In this document: positions 1 to 28,620 of the stretch, in pieces
Numbering within the stretch: the stretch's first letter is position 1
Layout: each line of letters opens with the position of its first letter
Source: Schmidtea polychroa
Taxonomy: Eukaryota
Assembly (NCBI GenBank): GCA_044892525.1
Contig: CM097885.1
Location: 15,502,001 to 15,566,000 of the forward strand
Direction: 5' to 3'
Length of the DNA: 64,000 nucleotides
Made by a program: the position numbers and the translations under genes
Notes under the pieces: generated by a model
Seen by the model: the letters and a program-made list of their open reading frames with translations, nothing else
Told to the model about the DNA's origin: nothing
Database searches by the model: none

Positions 1-490
1 ATATTTTTAAGAATTTAGATTTGTTTGCATGTATTACAGTGATAGAATTCCGTATATATATAAATTTTAAAAAATTTCAATTTCAATACAACTGTTTTAT
101 TTTAATTTGATTATGATAGTTTCATTTCATTTTTAAGTTTTTAGAGCAGCTTATTAATGATTAAAATATAAAATTAACATAATCAAATTAAAATAAAACA
201 CTATTGAGTTAAATGATAAGGTCACGTGAATAATAATATAAAGGTCTCTACCATATTGATATCAAATTATTTTAAATTTTCTTTTAAATAATTTGAATAT
301 TTGTTGGGGTTTGGCTTGTTCAGAGCGCAAGATTATTAGACGTACAAAGGCTAGAACAATATGTATAATAATAATTATAGACAAATAGTAAGAATAATTG
401 TTAAAAATAGTAATAGTTTGTAACTTAAAATAAATTATAAATAAAAATAGTATCATCAAATTACTACATTTAGATAAATACTTATTATAG

Positions 491-3945
<3,455 letters not shown>

Positions 3946-4011
3946 GAAATTTATAATTACTAAAATTAGGTATAATAGAATATAATTTTATATTAATAAG
4001 ATTAAGTCTTT

Positions 4012-4816
4012 TGTAAAAATCGGAAAAATAATTTTCTGTTAAAATCGATTCGGATTAGTAGCAATAAAGAAAACATTCTCAGCTAAAAATCAATAGTGAT
4101 TCATAGCGATTTAACCGTTGTCAGAGAAGAAATTTGGAACAGCTGTCGCAAGAAGATTAGTCAGAAGAATGATAAAACAGATCGTTGAGATTAGAGCTGT
4201 CGCCAAACGAGTTGATATATAAACAAAAGATTTTTACAGAAAAGTGAGACAATTTTTGCTCAAGCAATTTTCTGCTTCGACAAAAATTATTAGAAAACAC
4301 TAAAAGCTATATAAGCTTGCTTGGAAAGAACATAAAATTTTTAACCATAAGGTTATTTGAATTTTATTTATTAAACTCAACTGCACAATTCGACCACGAG
4401 AAGCAGGATTTCTGGCTGTCTTACTCGTTGGATTTAAAATTTAAGAGGATAAATATCTAGGTAACGGTAGATCGAGCTTGATCTACACGATCGAGCAAAA
4501 TCCGGGAAATCCCTCATCTTGTCCCATTCTTATATACAGCGCTGTGAGGCATTAGTTCTAGCGTTTGTGCTTTATCTGAGGACGGTTCGAATAACCGATT
4601 TCTTTACTTAGAGTTGAGCGGCATTTTTTGGGAAAAACAATTATTACAGTTATATATTTTAATTGTGCATTTTCAATAAATCATTTTCATATTCACGTCT
4701 TGATTTAATACATATTAAATTATTTATATCTACACGCACATATTTTATATTTATATCTTTGGAGTCAGATATAATCTGTGTTAGGAAAAATCAATCCACC
4801 TGATCAGAACCTCACA
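4012..4816 (+). mobile_element. Possible solo LTR
   Basis: TG...CA ends, flanks TCTTT/TATTT (4/5), internal AATAAA, and a TTGGAGTCAGA motif near the 3' end shared with the LTR-like piece near 47640. Confidence 0.4.
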
Positions 4817-4829
4817 TATTTATAACAAC

Positions 4830-16562
<11,733 letters not shown>

Positions 16563-16799
16563 ATTTAATTTGCAATTACTAATTCAAACTGTTGCGCTAA
16601 AGTATCTATAGGAATGCATATTCAAACAAACACTTTAATACCATCTAACCTAAATATTACAGAATTATTTACTAATTTACTTAGTCATTATTAATTAGTT
16701 AATGTTATGTAATAATTTTTAATAATTTGTATATGATGCTTACCTAATTTATAATATTTTAATTTCCAAAAACGCTTCAAGAATAGATTTTATTAAATT

Positions 16800-17040
16800 T
16801 TATTGATGAGAAGGTAAAATCAGAATTGGAATCAGAAAGCGATTACAAAGAATAATTCAATTTTATTTTAAATAAGCTTCAAGAAATTATAAATTGAAGA
16901 CATGTATGGAATTATTTCGGATATCACAAGACAAAGGTGAGTCAATAAAAGATTGGTCTTGTCGAGTGAAATAAACAGTGTCAAAATTTTGAATCTTCGG
17001 AAAAATTACAATTTTGACAGTTGTTTTTATCAGAGGACTT
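16800..17040 (+). mobile_element. Possible LTR-retrotransposon gag relic
   Basis: Peptide ELFRISQDKGESIKDWSCRVK...VFIRG resembles the gag QxxxESIxxY motif. Confidence 0.4.
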
Positions 17041-19249
17041 TCCAACTTGTTGGGCCAAGAACGACAAATGTCTTCTTTTCATCCAATTTCCTTTTATTAT
17101 ATTTTTGAGTATCGGCCTTTATCTTCCGAAGATAGGAATTTCTAAATTGGAAAATTTTATTAAAAAATAAAATAATACCTTAACAACAAATAGGAAATAA
17201 ATAATTAAATTAGAAAGGAACATTAATTAAAATAAAATTAGCTTAATAAAAATAGGAATAAATAAAATCAGTACAAATAAAGGTAGAAATGCGCTAAGAT
17301 ATCTATTATCCAACCAGGATTAAAAAAAATACAATAAATTAAAATAGAATAAAATAAAATAAAACAATCGAATTAATTAAATTAAAAGAGGAAAGGCAAG
17401 AAAACGAAAGAATTTAATGCAAAATCTAAAAATAAAGCAAAAATTCTCTAAAACTACACACATACTCAATCCTAATTGGATGAAGCACCATCAGAAAATT
17501 ATATAAATAAGACCATGTTAATTACATTTTTCTAATGATTAGGTGGTAAACTTACTTTTAAGCAATGCCATTTTTAACTGTGATAAGTTTTCTAGAAACA
17601 TTCAATAGCTTCATTTTATTTTAATTTTGGATCATTGTGGAGAACTCAATTAGTAAATTTTTACTTTATGATATTTTTGGCTTGATGATAATATTTAATG
17701 TATATTGTACAACTATATGTATTCTTTTTAAACATTAAAATTTCATAAAATGGCAAGCGTTTTCTTTTTTCTTGCCGTAAATCATTCAATAAATTTTGTA
17801 AAGTATATGCACGTCTCACGGAATAAGTGGGTAATTACATTTTTCATTGATATTCAATTTTCTTTTCAGTAAAATTCTCACATCACTGCATTCTGCTTCG
17901 AAGTTAGATAATTAAGTCTCATTGATTTTTAAATTGTAAAGTAGATATGAAATTCCGTTTTCCTTTACGGTGGCTTAACGATGGCACCTTCTGTGAGGTA
18001 GGCAACACAATTTCAGTTCGGATAAAATTTCTCGTGAAAACAGAATAGAGTAAACAAAGGGGATATTATCATTACCTCTCGAACTCGCACATATTAATAA
18101 TTATTTTACATAGGTTTGACTAATTATGATTAAATAGAATTTTTTGTCTTGTTGTCATCTACCGGTTCACGTCTCTCATCTTACAAATTAAATGCACATG
18201 CTGTTTATTTGAAATTTTTTGTTGTTTGTTTGTGGTGTGAAACTTGATCGACATAATCTGTCAGACGAAGAAAAGCATGAGGAATTTAAATAATTTTATT
18301 TAGAAACATGACCAACCCAAATACACTGAAATCTACGATCCTGCCGTGTTTTTCTTGTGCAGATAAAAATGCAGCTATGTGTGTAATGCAAACCGAAATC
18401 GGTCATCTGTAAAACGTATCTACCATCTGGAGGGGACGTGATTCACCCCCGTCCAGATGCAAGAAGCCGCGAAAAAGGATACTACGTCTAGAACACTGCA
18501 GGGACAGCCTGCTTGAGAAGATCCATAATCAGCGCATTCTCATCAAGGAACAGTCGAAAACCCTTCATCAAATTTATACTGACCAGAGCTCCGAAAGCGT
18601 ATAGTGGAATGCCCTGTAGCAGATCGGGTTAATATATTTCCAAGTCATCGTCTGTCCGACGGCCTAAGCCCGCCGAACTGATTTATGTGTCTAAGCCATG
18701 GAGAGAGTCCACTTTCTTCCGTCACTTTCGAAGTGATTTACGTTGGAACTAGCGTGCTCCTGTCAATGTCGTTTCATTTGCCGCGGCTCCAATGCAACCA
18801 GTGTCCACTGACAAACCAAAACGCAAATCCCGCACACGGACGGAACGATCTAAAAGTCACAGAGATAAGCAAGCGGAGGCGGAAGCGGCTCTCTTTGCCA
18901 ATAATACCAAGTCGACTGCCGAGCCCTTAACAACATTGGGAGCCACGAAACCTCCATCGTTCGTGGCAGTACTCCACAAGTTGCTTAAGAAAGCCGAGAA
19001 TAGTTAATTATGGATGTCGGCAACCCCAGAACTGATTTAATCTACTCATGCTTTTGTAATGAACTCTTGATTTGTAAATAACTGATGTGACAAATGTGCC
19101 TGCGTTTTAGGGCAGTGTAGTATGTGATTTCATCGGTAGCCAGATATGACGTTGATTTAATTTTGATTGGTGTTGTTTGCTTTTGATTCTTAATATATAT
19201 TGGGGTAGTTTATTTGTTTCTTCTCATATAAATTATATAATGACGTGAT

Positions 19250-21060
19250 AATGTAAGACATTGCGGAAAATCGTTCAGCTAGGACCAGTCGGACATCAAT
19301 TTGTTTTATCGAGATGTAAGTCCTTCTATCGGCATTCTAGGAGCCTGCTCTATAGGTTTCGCAGACCTGAGGCACTACCAATATGGATTAATTTCCATGG
19401 GCATCATGTCGTACGATGAAGGGTCATGTAAGAATCTCCAAGGGCTGACGAAGGAAATCTAAAGCAGTATAAACGTGTGTGGTGAAATTGAAATGTGTTT
19501 GCTATTTTTCTCCTGGACTACTCTTGCTGTGGTGAATCAACTTGAAGGAAAACCTAACAAACTAAAGATATTGGTTTGGATTACAACAACTGAAACTGAA
19601 ATTTATAGAAGTGATCTCTTTAGTAAAATTAGAAATGGATATTGAAAAACAAATAATGTCAGAATCTGATAATTTGCGTTTTCAAAATCTAGATAAGATT
19701 AAAATTGAAATGAAATGATTGAACACACAACTGCATATGTAGCAGAATAAAACACTTTGCTATTGCAATAGAAGAAAAGTGAAGTTAAGAAAAATATAAT
19801 TTTAGTGTATAAACTGAGTAAATTCTCAGTCAAACATCCCAAAAATTTGTAAATTAAGAAGAATTGAAAATTCAGTAATTTGTTGTAGTTTGATGTAAAG
19901 GCACAGAAGTAAAGTGAAAATCAATAAAAAACATCAAATTCACAATAATAAATACAATGTTAATTGAAAAGAAATCAGAAGTGATTATTGAAGAAAGTTC
20001 TTATATTAATAATTAAAGTACAAAAAAACCTATTAAAAAAATCAAAAAATATTAAAATAAATATTTTCCGATGGAAACTGGTTTGGGCGGAAACCAAACA
20101 ATGAGACGAGTTTAAACATAAACAAATAAAATCAACGGATGGTCTCCAGAAAGAAATATTCATAAAAAATTAAAATAATTATCTAATGGAAAATCCGAGC
20201 TTAAGGAAAACTCGAACATAATGAGAAACCTGAGTGATCAACAAAAATTGCTTAATTAAGTTGCGCCAAATCGAGAGAATGATGAAAACCAGATATAAAA
20301 TGAAACCAAATTCAAAATTAAATAATTTTGAAAAATTACCAATAAAAATAAATGAATTGCCCGAAGATCTGAAAACTTCAAATTAAAAATAAATCAGGTT
20401 AGCATTGTGAAACCCGGATAGAGAGATACCCAAAAATGACAAATTCAGTTTGATTAGGAAATAGTTTAATTACGAGAATAATATAAGAAGAACAGGAAAG
20501 TCAACAGAACTGGCAGTTGGTCGAAGAAAGAAGCTTAGTAAATTCCAAAGTAATTGGAAGCGATATAAACTTAGTAATAGCCAAATCAGGTTGAGTCTTC
20601 ATGTAACAGGAATGGTGATATCCAATTGGAAGACCTGTCCTTACGCCACATTAAAAGTGCTAGTGACAATTGTCTAGAATAAGAAGTGTTATTGAGTGTG
20701 AAATGGTTGTATAAAATTGTGCGAGTAAATAAAAGTGTATTTGTGGTGATTTCAAATAAACGTTATTGTGATGGGTTCTTTGATTTACTTCAGTGAGAAC
20801 ACTGAGGAATCCAATATTGACACTGACTTTCATAAATACCCAACAAATCGATATTGAGTTATACAAATTCGAGCATACAAAATTGCATAATCTATCTCAA
20901 GTAATAGCAAGTAGGCTAGAGCAAAGGGACTATATTAAAAAAGATAAACAAGGTTATTTTATAATTTTTATTAAAGGTGAAAATTTTCGAATCTCTGTTA
21001 TGAATTTCATCTATATCAAAAAAGGTCACTGTTCATATGAACTCTATATGTCAATAAAAT
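19250..21060 (+). mobile_element. Heavily decayed LTR-retrotransposon-like region
   Basis: TG...CA bounded LTR-like segment (~19252-19558) followed by A-rich, stop-riddled coding-like sequence; no diagnostic motif read. Confidence 0.3.
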
Positions 21061-21961
21061 AAGTTTATTTATACAAAATTTCATATTTCGCGGAATAATT
21101 TTAGACATTTGACCAAAGATTTGACATCTCCATCAAAACTATTGAGGAAAGTTGAAAGTCCCATCAAAATATCTTTTTTTTGTTTTTCAATTCAACTCGG
21201 GTCGCATTTAATTTTTTTGTGTTTTATTTATATTTATATACTTTATTTTCTTTGTTTTTCGTTTTATTTTTTATTAGTTCCTTATTTGTTTTATTATTAT
21301 TATTATTTTTCATGCAATTAGTCATTTTTGAAATTGATTATGTCTTATTTTATGGTAGCCGACGAGTTTATCGAAAAATATTATTTATAAGGAATTAAAA
21401 ACTTTTAAATTTTTTCTTTATATGCAGAAACTTAAAATGTGTGAATTTGTTGCAAAAAATTAGTGATTTTAAAATTATAATATAAATATTATGTACATAT
21501 ATAAATAAAATATTTAAAAGTTTTTAATTTTTTAAAAAGAGACATGCTTTTTTGAGATAAAATCCAAAATTCGTAAGTTCCTTTAAAATAATATTTATTG
21601 ATAAACTCGCCATTCGATCAATTGATCATACGATAAACTCGTTTACGATAAACTTACCGGAAATCTTATTTTATTACAGACAAAATTTCATATTTACATT
21701 TATTGAACCCCATTTTTTTTAAAAATGATAATGTAATAAACAATTATCTATAAAACATAGGTTAACATATTTCATAATTAATTTGATTTTGAAAATTTTA
21801 TATCTGTCAGATTGACAGGTTTCGTAAATTTTATTTTTTCGATTTAAAATATTCAAATTCTTTCAATTTTTTAATTAAATTTTTTAAATATTTATTTCTA
21901 TCTTTAATTTGCATTATAAATGAAAATGACAAAGTTATTTATAACAATATTTATAACAATT

Positions 21962-23290
21962 AATTTTGAAATATATAAATTTTAAATTATAAATAAAAAT
22001 TTTTAATAATCATTCTTTTTAAAAACAATTTTTAATAATCAATTATATTTAAACTTTTAAAATTATTAAAAATATTATTTAATTTTTTTTTAATTATTTA
22101 ACATAACTATTATTAATATACACCAACATACAAAAACTTAATTAAAAACATTCAACACACAAGTATTCACTGCATTCTGCACATTGATTTTAGGATTAAA
22201 AGTTCCTATCAATAATGCTTCACATATCACACGCTCAAAACAATTATCAAACTTTTTTGATAAGATTTTTAAATCAGACATTCCTAATTCTCTCATACAG
22301 ATTTTATTGTGATCCTTAATTTTGGACACCCTTCGGTCGACAGTGTTCTTGAACTCGAGTACAGAGATGACGGGAAGTCTCTCCAATGTATGTGTCATTA
22401 CACCCATTATATGTGAATTGATTAACGAGATCCAAACACAATTCAACCGACGTTTGAGATTTACTAACAAACATACTACGTACTTTGCACGATTTTGAAA
22501 CAATTCTATAATTCAATGTACCCAACTGTTTACCAATCTTTCTTTTGAAATCTTTATATCCTTCAGAATACGGCAATACCATCGTATATTTTGGCTCATC
22601 TTGTTTGTTAGTATCAATTCATATTCACTACATCATTCGACATATCAGTCAATTTACATTCATTCATACTACGATCCTTAGCATTATTCATACATTTATC
22701 AACAGTCTTTTTCAAAGTTAACAATAAAGACCATTTTGAATAGCCATTCTTCACCAGTTATTCAACTTATTACATTCAAACTCAGATTTTATTAAGGGTT
22801 TATATAATCCATCCAAATACTTCGGTATTTAATACTGAGCTGTTCCGAATATAGATAAAACAGGTCTCATGGGAACTCCGTCTTTATGCACTTTTGGAAG
22901 TCCGTATAATTTAGCTGGCTGTTAACCTTTTGCATGAACTAATTTTGCTACCTCTTCATCAATATGATTATTCTTAACTAAATCACACAACATAGTATTC
23001 AAAATCACTTCATCCTTTAGAGGTGTCAATCTCCCTTTTTTTCGAAACTTATAGATTTTTGAAAATTGAGAACCTGAGAGTACTTTATTTAATTTATTCA
23101 CATATACATCATGGTCCAAAATCACAAATCCATTTCCTTTATCAAATTTACAAACATTAATATCTTTCTTGGCTAAGTTCTTCAGTACCAAAAATTCCTT
23201 ATTATTCTGTTTTTTATTTTTATCAACATACTCAATCGTACTTGTACTCAGCATACTTTTTACCGTAAGTAGATCAATATCCTTCTTTGA

Positions 23291-23331
<41 letters not shown>

Positions 23332-23960
23332 AAACACATTCAATTTTTGCACGTAATTTATTTTCATCGATCCTATTTTTAATGCAATGGTTGGGACCAT
23401 ATTTTAAAATTCGTAACTCTTCATTAGACAGAACAATCTTACTCATATTAATCACAGTATTTTCAACATTAAATTTAGAGACACCAAATAATTTCCTCAA
23501 GTTCAATAATTTCTTAACACGCGAATCACTTTCAGATTTTAACAATGAAATAGAATTATTATTCTTATTCAATACAAACTTGCATACAAAATTCATTAGT
23601 TATGTTAAACAACGACAATCCAATTGAACATAGCTTTTCATCTAAGGACTTCCTCCGAATCTTTTCTGTTTCCAACATTCTTCTAAGCGTTCTTTGATGT
23701 ATTAATTGGATATCTTTATTTGAAAGACAATCACTGAGCTTCATTTTAAAAATGAAGGAAGGATTGAATGTTTTTAATTAAGTTTTTGTATGTTGATGTA
23801 TATTAATAATAGTTATGTTAAATAATTAAAAAAAATAATTAAAATAATATTTTTAATAATTTTAAAAGTTTAAATATAATTGATTATTAAAAATTTTTTT
23901 TAAAAAGAATGATTATTAAAAATTTTTATTTATAATTTAAAATCTATATATTTTATAATT
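21962..23960 (-). mobile_element. Penelope-like retroelement, internally deleted, bracketed by ~195-bp inverted repeats
   Basis: RT N-terminal motifs (KFDKGNGFVILD; AKLYGLPKVHKDGVPMRPVLS) and GIY-YIG endonuclease (YIGETSRHLCTRVQEH; EALLIGTFNPKIN). 21962-22155 is the reverse complement of 23764-23960. Confidence 0.92.
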
Positions 23961-24143
23961 TGTTTATATATTATCAATATAGTATATATATATTCATTCG
24001 TCGTTAATTAATTTTGATTTTTACTGTTTGTTTTAAAGTATCGATTGTTTTGAAATATTTAAATTAATTTATAGTTGTTATACATTTAGTTAAGTGTAAA
24101 TTAATATTTATTTACAAATATTTAATTCCTGAATATCATAATA

Positions 24144-25262
24144 ATGAGGATTGTACTCGTAAATGATTTATCTGAACCAGAAACTATCGATATTGACCAA
24201 AATACTGACTTCGCTACTTTTGAAATGATCGCTGGATCTTATGTTAACATTGACCCAGCTAGTATTATAATTAAAAAAGAAGGAAAAATAATCAAAGGTT
24301 TGCCTTCAAGCTTAATCGGTAATCTAGGTATTCGAGATGGGGATGTTTTGTTAACTTCCAGAAAGCTTCCACAAGTAAAAATTTATAATTTCGAATATTT
24401 ACTTATCGTGTAGACTGCGACAACTAGTTCAAATCGTATCGATTTTTCTGGAATTAATCCATCTCTATTATCTCGAGGAGGAAGTGCACAAAAACGTCCA
24501 CTTGTCACCTCTATAGCCGAACAATTCCGTCAACAGCTTTTGAAATCAACTCCAGATATATTAAGTCAATATAAAACTTTTAATCCAACTCTATGTGATT
24601 ATTTACACGATCCTGGTAAATTTTGTATTTAATGATTTTTATTAATGTTTCCAGTGAAATTTAAACAGATCCACGAAGAACAACAGCGAGCCGTTGAAAA
24701 CAGTAATCGAGAATTGGAAATATTAAATAGTGGTAACTTATTAGATCCGCAAGTGCAAAGCAAAATTGAAGAGCTAATAAAAAAGAAAAATATCGATTCA
24801 CAAATGGAGCACGCAATGGAACACAATCCTGAATCATTTGCTCAAACGACAATGCTGTATATCAATTGTCGAATTAATCAATTCAATGCTAAAGCTTTCG
24901 TTGATTCCGGTGCTCAAATGACTTTTATCAGCCTTAATTTCGCCCGGAAATGCCACGTGGACCATTTAATCGACAGCAGATGGAAAGGAATTGCCAGAGG
25001 TGTCGGTACGCAGCATATCGTTGGGAGGGTTCATTGTGTGCAGCTGCAAATCGCTGAGGTCTTCCTACAGATGTCTGTCAGCGTGCTCGAGGACCAGGAA
25101 ATGGATATGCTAATTGGGCTCGATATGCTCAAGCGCTACCAGTGTAGCATCAACCTCAAACGGAACGTGCTAGAGATCGGCAGTAACAACGTCGAAACAC
25201 CATTTTTACCGGAAAATGAACTGCCAGATTATGCTAAACTCAATTTCAACAATTCCTCTTGA
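24144..25262 (+). CDS. DDI1: DDI1/DDI2 homolog (UBL, helical domain, retroviral-like aspartyl protease), 3 exons, 346 aa
   Basis: Exons 24144-24374, 24414-24615 and 24655-25262 join in frame across two 39-nt GT-AG introns; motifs MEHNPESF, MLYINC, KAFVDSGAQMT, GIARGVG, GLDMLKR, FLPENELP. Confidence 0.95.
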
Positions 25263-25452
25263 CCCGATATATCGCCCCATTCTCAGTTGCGGTGAGGGGG
25301 GGGGACGCGGGGGAGGAGCGGAGGGGATTGCATCCGGCTGCCAGTGGAATATTTTGATAAGATCTTTTTTTAATATAAAATTTTCAATTTGTTTCATGAA
25401 ATTTTATTATGAATTATTAATTTTTATTTCCAGATTTCCAATATTTGTTTTG

Positions 25453-25900
25453 ACAGGCCAGATAATTATATGAATAAATTTGAGATTTTCTTTGAATTGT
25501 TTATTAAATTATCATTTCTATCAAGGAATTCCCTCTCGGGGGCGGGCGGGGTGGAATGGGGATTTGTCGCACTGGAATGGCTTTCAATTGAGACTCATAA
25601 TGCGGGTAATTGATAAAATGAATACTAATTTACATATTGAATGCCCTACTAAAATCGATATTTATTGTGTCCGTTCCCCCTACTAACTAATTTGTGTTAC
25701 TGGGCCAGATAATTATTATTTTTGTTTATTAAATTATCCTTTTTATCAAAGAATTCCCTCTCGGGGGGTTGTCGCAATGAATAGCTTTCAATCAAGATTC
25801 ATAATGTTGGTAATTGATAAAATGGATGGCAGGTCACATATCGAATGCCCTACCAAAAATCGATATTTGTCGGGTGCGCAACCCTACTAACTAATTTGTG
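25453..25900 (+). repeat. Imperfect tandem duplication (~210-245 bp units) downstream of DDI1
   Basis: GGCCAGATAATTAT...GAATTCCCTCTCGGGGG...GAATGCCCTAC...CCCTACTAACTAATTTGTG occurs twice. Confidence 0.85.
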
Positions 25901-25933
25901 AATTGTTTCGTCAGTGTAATGATAAAACAGCAG

Positions 25934-26296
25934 CAAGCTGGATTTACCCTTAGGATGAAACCCAGGGCCCGACTGACGGGGTCACCAAATATTTATGTAA
26001 CATAAGTAAAGAAGAATTTAATTATATTACATATTATATCTTATATAATACCTTTCTAAGGTTGCTGTTGAAGGTTTTGCCGAGAAAAAATTTAAAGAAA
26101 ATATTTCTAAATTATTATTTTGTTATTTATGAATTGTACTTCATGTTTATATCTTTTATATATGAATAAATGTAATATTATTTCTACTATATAACAGCAG
26201 GAAACAAATAAAACTTTCTGTGTTAAAAAATTATAAAACGGGCCCAAAAGATTTTTAGCCTTGCCCCCCCCCCCCTCAAGAGTAAATCCGGCTCTG
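25934..26296. mobile_element. hAT-type MITE
   Basis: Ends GCTGGATTTAC and GTAAATCCGGCTCTG; flanks AACAGCAG/CATAGCAG. Confidence 0.6.
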
Positions 26297-26568
26297 CATA
26301 GCAGGGAAATGATTTCATCGAGACCCCTTTGTTGGCTTATGATAAAATTTGGCTTCTTTGAGCATATCTCGTGATGTTTAATATTCTATGAATAACAATT
26401 TTTTTTTGGAAATTCTATAAATAGCAAATAAAATAATACAAATCTATATTTAGTACTAATAATTATTAATAGTGATTTACTAATATTTTTAGGCACTTTT
26501 TACTCTATATTAACTTCACTGATGTTTGTATGTGCCACGCAAATTTCGTGAGGCCAAATTAACCTCTT

Positions 26569-26661
26569 TTCCGTGATCGGATTGAGTTGAAATTTGGCAA
26601 GTACATTCGTTGTCGAGAACACTGCATGCTATCAAAATTTCAGATCTATCCGATCACGGAA
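26569..26661. repeat. Hairpin-bounded fragment typical of Helitron/Helentron-associated non-autonomous repeats
   Basis: TTCCGTGATCGGA ... TCCGATCACGGAA with inner TGAAATTT/AAATTTCA. Confidence 0.45.
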
Positions 26662-28272
26662 AGTGGGTCAAAATTATTGATATAATAATAATAACGAATA
26701 CGCGACGTTACATTACTTTTCTGAGTTCAAATTCCAATGCGATATTCCATTATTATAATCAGCATTTCTATAATCTTCATATCGTAGACAAAGTAAATAT
26801 TTCAATTTTGCAATTTTAAATTCTACATTTTTAATATTATTTTTAAACCAAAATTCATTTTTTTGATATTGCGTCGATGCATAATTATTTTAGTTAATTA
26901 TTAATTACATTTCAACAGTAGATTTACGTACAAAATTTCATACTAATTTATATTGAGTCCCATCATATTAGGATCTTGTTTTTGTTACAATATTACTTTT
27001 TGTTCTCGCATTGCTTTTCTTTTGTGAAATGAAGGGTATAGATACGGCTGTTTGGTGATTGGCCACTTGTAACGCCTATCCAGGCAACGTTAGTAATACG
27101 CTACAAGCTGGAGCTCATCAGTAAAAATGAGCTTCGCCTTCGGAAATACTGATGTCCTGACGCGCATTGGGTTCGCGGTAGAGCTTCCAAATATTCGTGA
27201 TTCCAACTTTTCGAATATATCCGTAAAATGTTTAAGAAAAGAATTATTTCAGAGGATAAATACATTCATATAGCAAAATACATGATTTTAATTTAAAAAA
27301 TACACATTACAAAAAATACAGTGAAAATTTATATTAATTTTAAAAATACCCCAATCAAATTTTATATTCAAATTTTTTTCTTAAGCAGATCGAAGAGCAA
27401 TATTCCATAGTCGAAAATTCTCATTTTATGTTTTTAATAAATTTGAAACTTATTTTTACTAATTAGTTATCTGAATTGATGCTGCAACCAGGAAACAATT
27501 GTTTTATATTATATTTGTAAATATTGTAATAATTTTCTGTTTGTTTTATTTTCATTTGTCTACATATTACAGATCAATATTTTTATTTACGCAACACGAA
27601 TTTTTGGGAAAACATTTTTCAAATGCTTTTTATAAAGGTTTGTAAAATATAATTTGAATAATTTCTAGTTGACTAAAAAATAAAGCTGTAAGCCGTTCTC
27701 TACCATCAAGATTTAGTATTTTGACGAGTTAATCGGCATTCGTGGCGTATGAGATATTATCCCAAATCTTATTCAATGAAATGTTTTAGTCAAATGCTTT
27801 TTACGTGTTTTCAAATTGCTGTAAAGGGGAGTTTTGCAATTGTAATAAAATATAATGTTAATTTTTTTGCATAATAAAAACTGAATTTTATGACCAACAG
27901 ATTATATCAATTACAAAATTAGTACGCCATACTCTCTCTGAATAATATTTTTAATTGCCCACTTCTGTACCTGTTTTGTGGTGTTTTGAAATATTTCAGT
28001 CAATGTATTTTATCTGATCAAATAAAAATAATTATGAGTTATTTTTAATTAAAAAAATAATTTGCTTATTTTGCTAATTTCCAATGACTAGGAAATGTCC
28101 GATAGACTTTTTAAATTTTTATTTATATTAGTATAAATAATTAAATAAAAATTTAAATATAAATATAAATTAATTTATTAATATAATAGTTAATAAATAA
28201 ATAAATAATTTTTTTGTCGGATGACTAACAAAACAATTAAACAAGGTTTGTGACATCCAATGCAAGCCCCAA

Positions 28273-28312
28273 TAGTAGACTAGTTTCGATCTTTTGGTTC
28301 TCATCAGTACTA
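28273..28312 (-). ncRNA. Minimal type I hammerhead ribozyme
   Basis: Minus strand reads UAGUA-CUGAUGA-GAAC CAAAA GAUC-GAA-ACUAGU-C-UACUA: full core, perfect 5-bp stem I, one stem II mismatch, palindromic stem III. Confidence 0.85.
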
Positions 28313-28496
28313 AGCTTTTTCTTTAATTATTTTAAGCTTTTTTAATCTTCATACGCCACGTTTGCAAGTTTACAGATTTTTTGTGACCAAACTAAAAACA
28401 ACAAGGAAAAGTATGCAATAAAGTTGAATCAGCAATGTTGCATACTTACCTGGCTCGAACTTAACTAATTAATTAGTTAATAAACACACACACACA

Positions 28497-28620
28497 CCTT
28501 GGTAGAAGCATTAATTATATTTTAAAACAATTAAATGATAATTTATGCATTTTCTGCGAATAATATATTTTATACAAATGAAAAAATTTCGATTATAAGA
28601 TAGCCCTTTCAATTTCCTGG
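28497..28620 (-). mobile_element. Diverged copy of PLE-terminal repeat family B
   Basis: CTTGGTAGAAGCATT...TTTCTGCGAATAAT...TTTCGATTATAAGATAGCCCTTTCAA. Confidence 0.7.

Noticed and set aside
24880..24930. DSGA aspartyl protease as a retroviral or LTR protease
   Set aside because: It is embedded in an intron-containing DDI1 gene with an N-terminal UBL domain.
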